64,000 bases of DNA, taken from the IMG/VR virus record IMGVR_UViG_3300014499_000004, positions 3,761-67,760 of that record. The stretch is one strand, 5' to 3'. A program made the translations under genes and the position numbers. Each line of letters starts with the position of its first letter. Within the stretch, counting starts at the first letter, position 1. Positions 40,456 to 49,566 of this stretch are shown here, piece after piece. The notes under the pieces are model-generated. The model was not told the DNA's origin. It saw only the letters and a list, made by a program, of their open reading frames with translations, and did not search any database. The DNA is from a virus.

Positions 40456-40787
40456 CATTTCTTATTAATACTACGACTTGGAACATTGGATGTTTCCTTA
40501 GTATTGAGTCTAGTACACTTATTTTCATTTGTCAAGTGACCTGATGAGAGGGTGTAAATATAGAGTCATTGACGAAAATTTGATTAGGATAGCCTCTGAT
40601 CAGGTTATTTGTTTAATCATGACCAAATTGGTCAGTTATTGATAGATGTAATAAGTGATAGGGATTGGCAAAAGTTTCGCAGAAGGTCACCACCCTGTCT
40701 GTTATCAGTTTACCCTGTGGTGGGGATACTGATAGTTCCTATCACTTATTAGGTTTATCAATTAAATAAAATAAATAAGGAGAAATA

Positions 40788-40946
40788 ATGACTGACAAAT
40801 TAGGTGAAATTGCAAAATTACATCGACCCCAATTAAGAGCAACAAGGTTTCAAAAGGTTTTCTTTAGTATTAAGCCAGTAAGATGTTGCATTGAATGCAA
40901 TGAAGTTTGGCCTTGCAAAACAAGTCAGATTATAGCATCTTCATAG
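40788..40946 (+). CDS. small protein with CxxC...WPC motif
   Basis: Manual ORF, AAGGAG RBS, CIECNEVWPC. Confidence 0.65.
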   Translation: MTDKLGEIAKLHRPQLRATRFQKVFFSIKPVRCCIECNEVWPCKTSQIIASS

Positions 40947-41026
40947 GGTGCTATGTGTAGTGGAAGGTACAGAGCCAACAAAGGAATTTCGTGAATTCTA
41001 TTCCACTACGCATAAGGCTTTATGAA
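40934..41026 (+). ncRNA. pseudoknot family C
   Basis: AGCATC-TTCATAG-GGTGCT, long helix, AAGGC-TTTATGAA. Confidence 0.65.
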
Positions 41027-41041
41027 AACAAAGGAGAATAA

Positions 41042-41215
41042 ATGGTTAAACAAATAACCAGTAAAGTAGGATGTTATATCCAAATTCCTTACTGGCCAAA
41101 ACGTGGAGTTGTTATATTCAAACGAAGTAGATTGTTTAAACATAAGTTTCTTCCAGGTGAAGGCACAAAAGTTTGTATGATTTGCTTTGGTGTTATTCCC
41201 GTGGGAGGAGAATAA
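41042..41215 (+). CDS. small hypothetical protein
   Basis: Manual ORF, AAAGGAG RBS. Confidence 0.6.
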   Translation: MVKQITSKVGCYIQIPYWPKRGVVIFKRSRLFKHKFLPGEGTKVCMICFGVIPVGGE

Positions 41216-41471
41216 AGAATGTATGCAATTATAATCTTGATTTTGATCTTTGGTTTTGGATCATTTTCAATGGCTGCTTCTGCAAAGAACTGACTGGACT
41301 ACAAGTCAGTAATAATAGAGATAGGCGTGAACTTCGGTTAATAATCCTTTACGGGATAAAATTCCTATAATGAATAGTTCTCTATTATTTAAATGATCAG
41401 GAAACTCTATTAGAGATAATCAGAGAATTCTATCATTAGTGGAAGCATATACCACTTTAATAAAATGGTGC

Positions 41472-41505
41472 ACCAACCTGGGTATTGTTGGTTTAAAAAC
41501 TGCCC
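41472..41505 (+). ncRNA. pseudoknot family A
   Basis: ACCAAC-CTGGGTATT-GTTGGT-TTAAAAAC-TGCCC. Confidence 0.7.
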
Positions 41506-41585
41506 CATTTCTAATTGATCTTGTAGTGGAGAAGGGATGATACCCACCATTATTAGAAGTGAGCCATAACACTTTGAATCATGGT

Positions 41586-41619
41586 TGCACCTTGGATAAG
41601 TGCGTTAAATATGATCCAA
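41586..41619 (+). ncRNA. pseudoknot family A (variant)
   Basis: TGCAC-CTTGGATAA-GTGCG-TTAAATATG-ATCCAA. Confidence 0.5.
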
Positions 41620-41686
41620 TAATAAGTTACCCATGAATTTATTCTTAGCATATTAAGTGCTGGCTTTAACTTATTATTATAATATG

Positions 41687-41713
41687 TACCTGGATAAGTA
41701 ATTAAACTGTCTA
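41687..41713 (+). ncRNA. pseudoknot family A
   Basis: TAC-CTGGATAA-GTA-ATTAAAC-TGTCTA. Confidence 0.55.
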
Positions 41714-41719
41714 AACATT

Positions 41720-41779
41720 GGTCCTGGGTATGGCTGACATGCAGAAACCTAATGAGGTAAATGTATGGTTAAACTGCCC
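41720..41779 (+). ncRNA. pseudoknot family A (with inserted hairpin)
   Basis: GGTC-CTGGGTAT-GGCT...TTAAAC-TGCCC. Confidence 0.6.
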
Positions 41780-41832
41780 TTTTTCTTAACACAAATGTAA
41801 TAAGATTACAAGAATATTACAAAGGAGAAAAT

Positions 41833-42219
41833 ATGGCTTTAACTGAACAAGAGCAACAGAATGTTGACAATGGATTAACGACTGATGGTCGAGTTATTGA
41901 TATTGACCATTATCATTGTCCTGATGGTTGTGGAAGTCATGGAGGATGTTTCTTCGATTTCCATTTTGATGGACAAGTATGTGAATTGGGACATCCCCAA
42001 TTAGCATGTAGTTGGTGCGACTACAAAGGAAGTAGTGCAGAATTACTTGCAAACCATGTAATGTTAAATCATCATTTACTTGGTCTTCTAAAAACTATGG
42101 ATATCCCAGAGTGGAGAAGAAATGACATTGAATGGTTAAGACGCAATCTTCCATTTAATAATAGTGGACACCCTGATTTTGCTAGGGCTTGGAAATTATT
42201 AGGAATGGAACCATTGTGA
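41833..42219 (+). CDS. Cys/His-rich hypothetical protein
   Basis: C2H2-like CSWC...HVMLNH; C-terminal domain shared with 42572. Confidence 0.75.
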   Translation: MALTEQEQQNVDNGLTTDGRVIDIDHYHCPDGCGSHGGCFFDFHFDGQVCELGHPQLACSWCDYKGSSAELLANHVMLNHHLLGLLKTMDIPEWRRNDIEWLRRNLPFNNSGHPDFARAWKLLGMEPL

Positions 42220-42494
42220 TTAATTGGTTTGCAATCACAGTCATGGTTATTGTCTTTTTATTAGTAATAGACAATATTGTGGCTAATATCACTAAGACAA
42301 GAAAAGGAGGGAAAAAATGACAACAACCAAAGTCATTAACCGAAGAAAGAAGAAGAATCACCAGAATCGTCCCAAGCAGGTCTGGAACACTGAGACCAAG
42401 AAGTGGGAGCATAAGTAAACTCAGTTGTAGCTGATGTTTACATTGAATTGATGCTGGTATACATAAAGCCGATGTATACTATGAATAAGGCTGG

Positions 42495-42545
42495 ACCCAG
42501 AAGGTATAGTGAATTACAATTGAGGTTCGATTCCTCAACTGGGTA
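42495..42545 (+). ncRNA. top-half tRNA mimic (family B)
   Basis: ACCCAG...TGAGG TTCGATT CCTCA ACTGGGT A. Confidence 0.7.
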
Positions 42546-42571
42546 CTATGTATTAACTGAAAGGAGATTAA

Positions 42572-42832
42572 ATGATTGATACTAATGTTTGTTTCTTTGG
42601 ATGTGGTAAGATTCGTAGTACAGAAGATGATCCACGATTCTTTGATAAAGAAACAGATTTAGTATGTAAAGACTGTAGAGAAATTGAACGTCTTGTAACC
42701 AATATGGGTGTTCCAGAGTTTAGAACCCATGATTTTGGTTGGTTAAGACGAAATTTAGGAATAAATTTTAGTGAACACCCTGATTTTGATCAGGTTTCTA
42801 AACTATTAGAAGCACAAACAAGAAAAATATAA
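42572..42832 (+). CDS. hypothetical protein, paralog of 41833
   Basis: WLRRNL...HPDF shared. Confidence 0.75.
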   Translation: MIDTNVCFFGCGKIRSTEDDPRFFDKETDLVCKDCREIERLVTNMGVPEFRTHDFGWLRRNLGINFSEHPDFDQVSKLLEAQTRKI

Positions 42833-42840
42833 GGAGAAAT

Positions 42841-43020
42841 ATGAAACCAGGAACAAAAATGGTTAAGGATACTACCAGTAAAATCGATCATGATATTACG
42901 GTCAAGGGCACCAAGCAACACACCATTGCAATTTGTTATACTGAATCAGGTGGTGAGTTAATTGCAATTGGTTCACGTAATCATGTGAATCGTCAAGTAA
43001 GAATGCATAGAAGTAGGTAA
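42841..43020 (+). CDS. small hypothetical protein
   Basis: Manual ORF, AAGGAG RBS. Confidence 0.6.
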   Translation: MKPGTKMVKDTTSKIDHDITVKGTKQHTIAICYTESGGELIAIGSRNHVNRQVRMHRSR

Positions 43021-43024
43021 TAAT

Positions 43025-43180
43025 AGCGTCGTTAGGCGCTAAGTGTAGTGGGATATTACTTGTAGAACTATTCGCTAACTAGGCGGGCAAGTAATAGTAG
43101 GTTCCTAGTTGGATACTCTTATTGCTCGTAGCCTCTGGCTACATAGGTATAAGATTCCACTACACTTAAGGCTTAACGAA
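43025..43180 (+). ncRNA. pseudoknot family C
   Basis: AGCGTCGTTAGGCGCT, AAGTGTAGTGG/CCACTACACTT helix, AAGGC-TTAACGAA. Confidence 0.65.
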
Positions 43181-43200
43181 CAATAAAAAGGAGGTAAACA

Positions 43201-43593
43201 ATGATATTAGTCATTGATGATGTAAAGACATTTCCATTTCCAGATGATAAAGAAGTGTATTATGCTCGCACTTTGAAAGATGGTAATTTGTTTCTTGATC
43301 AATTTGAGAGAAATATTTACGCTACTTCAATGAATAATGAAAGTCTGGATGAACTCTGGCTTGACCATGATTTAGGTGGTGATGATACTATCAGATCAAT
43401 TTGTTTAATGCTTGCTGAAAGAGCATTTAATGGTAATCCTTATCCAGTTGGTCGTATTGTTATTTGTTCAATGAATCCAGTTGGTATTGATTGGATATGG
43501 TCAACACTAAGTCCATACTATGATCTGGTAATATGTAATGATCCAGAGTCAGTTCAAGATTTATTAGGTAGTACTCAAGCAAAGTGGTATTAA
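43201..43593 (+). CDS. cyclic-phosphate-processing receiver-like domain protein
   Basis: ILVIDD...LWLDHDLG...SMNPVG. Confidence 0.7.
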   Translation: MILVIDDVKTFPFPDDKEVYYARTLKDGNLFLDQFERNIYATSMNNESLDELWLDHDLGGDDTIRSICLMLAERAFNGNPYPVGRIVICSMNPVGIDWIWSTLSPYYDLVICNDPESVQDLLGSTQAKWY

Positions 43594-43722
43594 GAATGAC
43601 TTGAAGTTAATAGCTTCAAGGGTCACATGGAGTGGAATAGTTGGTACCAAGACTATTCTTTCGGTACACTCCATGTGTGCCTTGTAGTTATTAATAAAGG
43701 AGATTAATGATAAGGAGAATGA

Positions 43723-43917
43723 ATGAGTAGTGGTAAGAATAGTTGGACTAGAGAAGTAGTTTGTCAAGCTGTTATACCTATTAGAATTGATCCAACAGCA
43801 TCTGATGAGGAGGCTATTGAAGTAGTCCAAAAATTGATTGCAGATAGTCCTAGTGGAGCATTAAGAGTAGATCAATTGGACTTCTTTGCTATTCCTTTAG
43901 AGGATGAAGAAGAATGA
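43723..43917 (+). CDS. hypothetical protein
   Basis: AAGGAG RBS. Confidence 0.6.
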   Translation: MSSGKNSWTREVVCQAVIPIRIDPTASDEEAIEVVQKLIADSPSGALRVDQLDFFAIPLEDEEE

Positions 43918-44192
43918 AACTATCAGAACTAATCAAAGAACTGCAAGATGTTAAAGCAGAAATTGGTGATGTTGAAGTATTATCTACTGATGAGCATGGT
44001 AGTCTCAACATAATTGAATCAGTTAAAACTTCAGTTAATAAAAAGATGGTTATTATTGATACTGTAGATGATCTTCCAAGAAGAGGACCATTTAAGCCAT
44101 CTATCACTGGTAAAGAATTAGGTGAAATGGGTGGTATACCTGGAGTAACTGAAGAAGATGTTGAAGATTTTCTCCGAAATATTAGAGGATAA
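43914..44192 (+). CDS. hypothetical protein
   Basis: MKLSELIKELQ...GDVEV, common small phage protein start. Confidence 0.7.
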   Translation: MKLSELIKELQDVKAEIGDVEVLSTDEHGSLNIIESVKTSVNKKMVIIDTVDDLPRRGPFKPSITGKELGEMGGIPGVTEEDVEDFLRNIRG

Positions 44193-44199
44193 GTATTAA

Positions 44200-44244
44200 A
44201 CCCCATTACTTAAGTGTACGAGTGGAACAAGACCACATGGGGTA
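44200..44244 (+). ncRNA. top-half tRNA mimic, degenerate T-loop
   Basis: ACCCCAT...GTGG AACAAGA CCAC ATGGGGT A. Confidence 0.45.
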
Positions 44245-44323
44245 CTATGAAAGGAGATGATCATTATGCCCTAATTTAATTGTGTATAATACTTAACTAA
44301 TGAAATAAGAAAATATAGTATCT

Positions 44324-44351
44324 GGTCCTGAGTATGGACCTTAAACTGCTC
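44324..44351 (+). ncRNA. pseudoknot family A
   Basis: GGTCC-TGAGTAT-GGACC-TTAAAC-TGCTC. Confidence 0.75.
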
Positions 44352-44536
44352 CACATTGTTGGTTAGATGTAAGATACTATGAATTACCCATCAATGTCAG
44401 AGTGGAAAGTCCCAAATAATAGACCTGTAAATGGGGACTGAGATGGTAGTGGGTTCAGGCCATCATTTGATAAATACACAGACGGTTTCAGTACGCTTAT
44501 CAAGCTAGATATAATAAGTAATTATGGCCAATGTGG

Positions 44537-44564
44537 ACACCTTGGGTAAGTGTATAAACTGCCC
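44537..44564 (+). ncRNA. pseudoknot family A
   Basis: ACAC-CTTGGGTAA-GTGT-ATAAAC-TGCCC. Confidence 0.75.
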
Positions 44565-44603
44565 CATTTCGTGTGTTAACGAATCAATAATAAAGGAGAA
44601 TGA

Positions 44604-45155
44604 ATGAAAAAATCATTAATTGCACTTTCATTGTTGTCACCTTTATTGTTGACTTCAACTGCTAGTGCAACGAATAATCAACCGTTAACATTACCGCCTG
44701 CATTAAATGCATTTGGTAATCAAAAATTCGAAGATTGTATATACTCTGCTGATGCAAACATGGTAGAACTATATGATCCCCATGTTCATATTACTGTAAA
44801 ACAAGTAATAGAGGCATTCCAAACCTATGGAGAATCAGATGGTCTCAACTATATGATAACCAATGGTTTTGATGGAGTAAAAGCCAGTACTATTATTGAT
44901 CTTGGCAAGAATACTATTAATCTTTCAACTGAACTTGCTAATGGTGGAGTTCAAGCATGGATTAATTTTCCAGGCCAAGGTCAACATGCAGTAGCAATAA
45001 TACAAGTCACTAACAAACAAATTGAGTTTGTGAGTTGGGGATATAAGTATTGGTGGAGTTTAAAAGAGTATCAAACAAAAATGTATGATCAATATACATT
45101 CATATGGAATGGAAATAGGAGAAAAAATGAGTTATTTTATACAATCAGGAGATAG
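44604..45155 (+). CDS. secreted papain/C39-like cysteine peptidase
   Basis: Signal peptide, EDC, QHAVAI, VSWG. Confidence 0.55.
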   Translation: MKKSLIALSLLSPLLLTSTASATNNQPLTLPPALNAFGNQKFEDCIYSADANMVELYDPHVHITVKQVIEAFQTYGESDGLNYMITNGFDGVKASTIIDLGKNTINLSTELANGGVQAWINFPGQGQHAVAIIQVTNKQIEFVSWGYKYWWSLKEYQTKMYDQYTFIWNGNRRKNELFYTIRR

Positions 45156-46185
45156 TTTTTTTCCTGCAGCTTCTAAAGAAGCATTATTGGAAGGATTACC
45201 TTCGGGTAATTATACAATAGAACAAAGTATGACAGGATTATTCTTTAAAAGAATAGAAAGTTTTCAACCTTTAGATAAGGTTTATGGAAGCCTAAATACT
45301 TGGGCAGAACGCACTCTTCAAACATTTGAAGATCGTGAAGTTAGTACAGGTATTCTTTTGTCAGGAGAAAAAGGTAGTGGAAAATCACTATTAGGTAGAC
45401 TTATTTCACTAAAAGCTCATGATAAGAGTATTCCTACAGTAATAGTAAATGCTCCTTTTGAGGGTGCTGCACTACTAAAACTATTTGGAGAACTTACTCA
45501 ACCTGTAATAGTATTTTTTGATGAATTTGATAAAGTTTATAGTGATCTTGATCTTCAAGAATCAGTTTTATCATTACTCGATGGTATTTCAGGTACTAAA
45601 CATTTGTTTATCATTACTTGTAATGATCTTTATCGTTTATCAAGATTTCTATTAAATCGACCAGGAAGAATTTTCTATTTCATTGAATTTAATGGGATAG
45701 AAGAAAGTTTTATTAGGGAATATTGTAAAGATAATCTTAATAATAAGTCAGAAATTGATAATATTGTTAAAATTTCAAAAATCTTTGAGAAGTTCAATTT
45801 TGATATGCTTAAATCATTAGTTGAAGAAATGAATAGATATAATGAATCAGCACTTAAAGCAATTGAACTATTAAATATTACTCCTTCTCATCAAAATAAT
45901 GTTGAATATAAAGTTTCTATCACAGATAAAGATAATAATGAATATATCAATTATCCTAATGAATGGGATGGATTCCCTCTAGAAGAGGAAAAGTTTGATA
46001 TGAGAATTATGAGAACTGATGATAAAGAGAAAAAGGAATGGTTGGAGATAATGTTTTTAGATTCAGATCTAAATAATTTTGATACTTCTAATAAAGTATT
46101 TACTTACATTAATAAACAAGGATTTATTTTAACTTTCAAAATTTCTGAACAGAAACACACAAATTGGATGAGTGCATTATATTAG
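45127..46185 (+). CDS. AAA family ATPase
   Basis: GEKGSGKS Walker A, VFFDEFDK Walker B, NRPGR; start reassigned after AGGAG. Confidence 0.9.
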   Translation: MSYFIQSGDSFFPAASKEALLEGLPSGNYTIEQSMTGLFFKRIESFQPLDKVYGSLNTWAERTLQTFEDREVSTGILLSGEKGSGKSLLGRLISLKAHDKSIPTVIVNAPFEGAALLKLFGELTQPVIVFFDEFDKVYSDLDLQESVLSLLDGISGTKHLFIITCNDLYRLSRFLLNRPGRIFYFIEFNGIEESFIREYCKDNLNNKSEIDNIVKISKIFEKFNFDMLKSLVEEMNRYNESALKAIELLNITPSHQNNVEYKVSITDKDNNEYINYPNEWDGFPLEEEKFDMRIMRTDDKEKKEWLEIMFLDSDLNNFDTSNKVFTYINKQGFILTFKISEQKHTNWMSALY

Positions 46186-46198
46186 AATTAAGTATCAT

Positions 46199-46270
46199 AG
46201 CATCGTATGGTGCTAAGGGTATTAGCATATAGCCCATAACGGGATGCTAGTACTCTTAGGGCTATACGAA
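46199..46270 (+). ncRNA. pseudoknot family C
   Basis: AGCATCGTATGGTGCT, AAGGGTATTAGCAT/ATGCTAGTACTCTT, AGGGC-TATACGAA. Confidence 0.65.
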
Positions 46271-46329
46271 AGTATTAGTCTATAAATAAAGTAAGGAATC
46301 TCATAATGAGAAAAATAAAGGAGAAAGAA

Positions 46330-46644
46330 ATGCCATTAGTAACAGATAAGGTTAAGGCTGCGCTTCAAGTTCAGTATGATGAGTATGCTGAAACAACGCG
46401 ACTTAATCAGTTGGCTAGTCCCGGGGGAACCAAGAAGATAGTTAAGGGTGAGGAAGTTTTTGAGCCATTTCCTGATGCTGTTTCCTTCGATCAGTGGGTG
46501 AAAGAACAGCTCACCAGCGAGTTGGAAACACAACTTAAAAATCTGGCTAATCATCGATTGGGTAATAAGTACAGCGTAGTTGCTGGTACTGTTAGCGATG
46601 CTCTCATTGGATTTTATCAGGGGCTCATTGCTGAGGTGAAGTAA
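46330..46644 (+). CDS. hypothetical protein
   Basis: Start reassigned after AAGGAG. Confidence 0.7.
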   Translation: MPLVTDKVKAALQVQYDEYAETTRLNQLASPGGTKKIVKGEEVFEPFPDAVSFDQWVKEQLTSELETQLKNLANHRLGNKYSVVAGTVSDALIGFYQGLIAEVK

Positions 46645-46907
46645 TGCCTATTGTTGATGAACCTAAAGAACCTAAAACAGTAAGAGTTATTACCGATGGG
46701 GGCAGCCATGCCATGAAAGGTGAAATTCTTACAGTAAGATCATGGCCTGACCCTAGCTATGAAATGACTTACTATCAAATCAATAGAAATGGTATATGGA
46801 CCGACAAGAGTATTAAAATATCTAATACTGAACTAGTGAATATTGAAGATATTGATAATACTTCAAAGAGTGAGTTTAACTTTACTTTGATAGCAGTAGG
46901 GAATTAA
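46644..46907 (+). CDS. hypothetical protein
   Basis: Ends FNFTLIAVGN. Confidence 0.65.
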   Translation: MPIVDEPKEPKTVRVITDGGSHAMKGEILTVRSWPDPSYEMTYYQINRNGIWTDKSIKISNTELVNIEDIDNTSKSEFNFTLIAVGN

Positions 46908-46908
46908 C

Positions 46909-47142
46909 ATGAATCCAACACTTAGAGTTAAACTTGTTGCTAACAAAGCTAGATATAATGGTAATAGATATCCAATCGGTACAGAAATTGAAGTAACTCA
47001 AAGCGAAAGAGATAAAAGGAAATTTTTCTTTCCTCGTAAAGACTATTATTGTTACAGAGAAGACTTTGAGATACTCGGAGAATCGTATAACGAAAGTAGT
47101 AGTGGAATGAATTTTGCTCAGATAGCAATGGGTAATTTGTAG
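46909..47142 (+). CDS. hypothetical protein
   Basis: Ends MNFAQIAMGNL. Confidence 0.65.
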   Translation: MNPTLRVKLVANKARYNGNRYPIGTEIEVTQSERDKRKFFFPRKDYYCYREDFEILGESYNESSSGMNFAQIAMGNL

Positions 47143-47155
47143 TACAATGTTTTAT

Positions 47156-47250
47156 AGCACCGTCGTATGGTGCTAAGAGTAGTAGAGCCAGAGAAAACAA
47201 CACGGTAGGTTATCGTCATTGCAACTCTACTACTCTTAGGACTATGCGAA
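47156..47250 (+). ncRNA. pseudoknot family C
   Basis: AGCACC-GTCGTAT-GGTGCT, AAGAGTAGTAGAG/CTCTACTACTCTT, AGGAC-TATGCGAA. Confidence 0.65.
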
Positions 47251-47271
47251 TAGTTTAATAGAAGGAGAAAA

Positions 47272-47592
47272 ATGAGCGAAAGAACAGTTTTAGAATGGGA
47301 AGAATATATATGTAATGGACTTCCTGCTGTAAGAACTAAACAAGGAAAGAAGTGGGATATCCATGTATGGGGTGGGACAAAAGAAAATCCTGTCTATGCA
47401 CTTTCAGTTAGTGGTATACTTATTATTCAAGTAAATATTCCATCTATAGAAATAGCTAAAAGAATTGCACAAGAACTTCAACATGTTCTGGATGGTAATC
47501 TAATGGAAACTATTGGTGAACTTGTAGTAATTGCTTATCAACGTGGTTTGACGAATGGGCAACCATTAGAAGAAAGTGAGATGAATATATAA
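47272..47592 (+). CDS. hypothetical protein
   Basis: AAGGAG RBS. Confidence 0.7.
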   Translation: MSERTVLEWEEYICNGLPAVRTKQGKKWDIHVWGGTKENPVYALSVSGILIIQVNIPSIEIAKRIAQELQHVLDGNLMETIGELVVIAYQRGLTNGQPLEESEMNI

Positions 47593-48026
47593 TGAGTATT
47601 TGGAGTTCAATACCTGGAACTTTTGCACTTCATTATGAAAATAGTGTTACTGATCCTCGTAAAGCAAAACGATTACCAGGAGTAATGCCTGGTGAGTTTG
47701 GTGATGAAATTGATCTAGCAGTAGTTGTTAATGATGTTTATGAAGATGCTCCCAATGAAGAGGGTTATTTACCTTATTTGCGTGTTGGTGTCACTGTTAA
47801 TAATTTTACTAAGGGAGATGTAATTCTAAATCGTAAGCAAGTAAAGAAATTACGTAATGAATTAAATAGATTTCTTAAAGAAACTAAAAAGAAGAAAGAG
47901 ACTATTGAAGAATTAGCACCAGGTCCTCACGGTAATGGATATACTTGCAAAAGTTGTGGTGAAAGTGCAATAACTTGTGGTATGCGTGAGAATGGTGATT
48001 GTTGTAATCACTGTGATCATAGTTAA
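47592..48026 (+). CDS. hypothetical protein with C-terminal Cys cluster
   Basis: CKSCG...CCNHCDH. Confidence 0.7.
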   Translation: MSIWSSIPGTFALHYENSVTDPRKAKRLPGVMPGEFGDEIDLAVVVNDVYEDAPNEEGYLPYLRVGVTVNNFTKGDVILNRKQVKKLRNELNRFLKETKKKKETIEELAPGPHGNGYTCKSCGESAITCGMRENGDCCNHCDHS

Positions 48027-48035
48027 TGAATTATA

Positions 48036-48640
48036 ACTATCAGGATAGCTAATATTATTAGCGTATCTAGGATCAAATCCACTGATAGTACGATGTATAG
48101 TTAGATGCTCTTGCACGAAGCAATCATCGGTGAAGAAGAACCCCGCGTATTGCGGTTAGTAGCTTGCTATACATTAAGTGGAAGCACCATATTGTGTTGG
48201 AATATAATCGCCAATCAATAGTAGGTAAGCTGGGTGTATGCCATACTCTGGGTTGGGTATGTGCGCTGATTGGTCTGCGTATAGTAGATCCTACATTAAT
48301 GTATTAATGTAAAAATTTGAAAAGTGATAAGAGTAACTGTTCTGAACGAGCTAAAAGTAAAGATCTTTTGCGGTCTGTTCTAACTCCCTGATATTACCGT
48401 ATCATGGAACAGATTCTGTCGAACAATGAAAACACTTTCGAATTAAAGTTGGAATATATTGGTGCCAACCTCTTCCAATTTTCTTATTAATAATTAATGT
48501 AGGGTCTGCTATCGGCTAACCAATTAGAATTAGTCAATAGTCTTCCTAATAGAGATACTGTATTAAGGGCTTTTTATATTTTTTCACTCTTAATATACTG
48601 TCGGAGTAGTGTTCATTTGGATGATAACACTATTTATTAG
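48036..48640 (+). ncRNA. candidate large structured ncRNA region
   Basis: No convincing ORF; about 40-bp imperfect helix 48266-48308 with 48486-48527 and nested stems. Confidence 0.45.
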
Positions 48641-48647
48641 GAAAGAA

Positions 48648-48674
48648 ACAGCTGAGCAACTGTATAAACTGCTC
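48648..48674 (+). ncRNA. pseudoknot family A
   Basis: ACAG-CTGAGCAA-CTGT-ATAAAC-TGCTC. Confidence 0.75.
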
Positions 48675-48704
48675 CATTTCTGTAGTAAAATATAAAGGAG
48701 AAAA

Positions 48705-48974
48705 ATGATCAAAGTAACCACTCATAGTGGGACGATTTATATTATTGATGAAAATAACAAGCGGATAAAGCGGGTTCCGCGTCCTGGTACCTCATTTGAT
48801 TCAATATTAAGAGGTATGATTAATGTTGGAGAATGGCAACCATTTACCTCAATTAATACATTTGGAATAGGTGGTGTTTTATATGTTACTTATCCAAATG
48901 AACAAACATGGACTCGTTCTACTCTTATAACAGAGATTGAATATGAGTATGAAGAAAATGGAGAAAATACATGA
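48705..48974 (+). CDS. hypothetical protein
   Basis: AAAGGAG RBS. Confidence 0.7.
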   Translation: MIKVTTHSGTIYIIDENNKRIKRVPRPGTSFDSILRGMINVGEWQPFTSINTFGIGGVLYVTYPNEQTWTRSTLITEIEYEYEENGENT

Positions 48975-49273
48975 AAGACGAAACAAAGCATAATGATTTA
49001 CACCCATTAGCAGGTAAGACAGTTAAGTTACACTCACATAATCCTGATCTTCATAATAAAGATTTTGTTGTTGAGGATTGGTGGGATCATTATTTTGGTC
49101 AGAGTTGGCGAACATCAAATGGTAATGCAATTTGTAATTACTATGCAACTCACTCAACTTACCATATACCTGTTGATGATGAAGTAGTCTTTGGCTACAT
49201 CAATGGAAATGGTTATTTGGTGCATATAACAGAAATTGTACTAATTCATGAAAAAGTGAAAGTAGATGCATAA
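48971..49273 (+). CDS. hypothetical phage protein
   Basis: HPLAGKTV...VEDWWD...DDEVVFG. Confidence 0.7.
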   Translation: MKDETKHNDLHPLAGKTVKLHSHNPDLHNKDFVVEDWWDHYFGQSWRTSNGNAICNYYATHSTYHIPVDDEVVFGYINGNGYLVHITEIVLIHEKVKVDA

Positions 49274-49566
49274 TGACTAATGATCAACTAGAACAAGTTA
49301 AAGTAGAACTTGCAGCTATTGTTAATAATGTTCAGCAAATGATTTTGCAGATGAATGATTTAGGTAATATTGTACAGGAAATTGATGGTGAAGCACAGCC
49401 AGAAGAGTTTAAAGAGGCTGCTGTTTTGTATTCACAATCCAAGAATCAACTTACTTCATATCTTCTAACTGTTGTTGATAGTTTAGGTATAACATTACTT
49501 GATGTAATAGAATATGTACAGTCAAGTCCCAAACAAAAACTTTGGACGCCAGAGAGTGTGAGATAA
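49273..49566 (+). CDS. hypothetical protein
   Basis: 97 aa helical. Confidence 0.65.
   Translation: MTNDQLEQVKVELAAIVNNVQQMILQMNDLGNIVQEIDGEAQPEEFKEAAVLYSQSKNQLTSYLLTVVDSLGITLLDVIEYVQSSPKQKLWTPESVR

Noticed and set aside
40529-40580. Hammerhead-like CTGATGA...GAAA
   Set aside because: No stem II forms between the motifs; the flanks instead make a simple GTCAAGTGAC/GTCATTGAC hairpin
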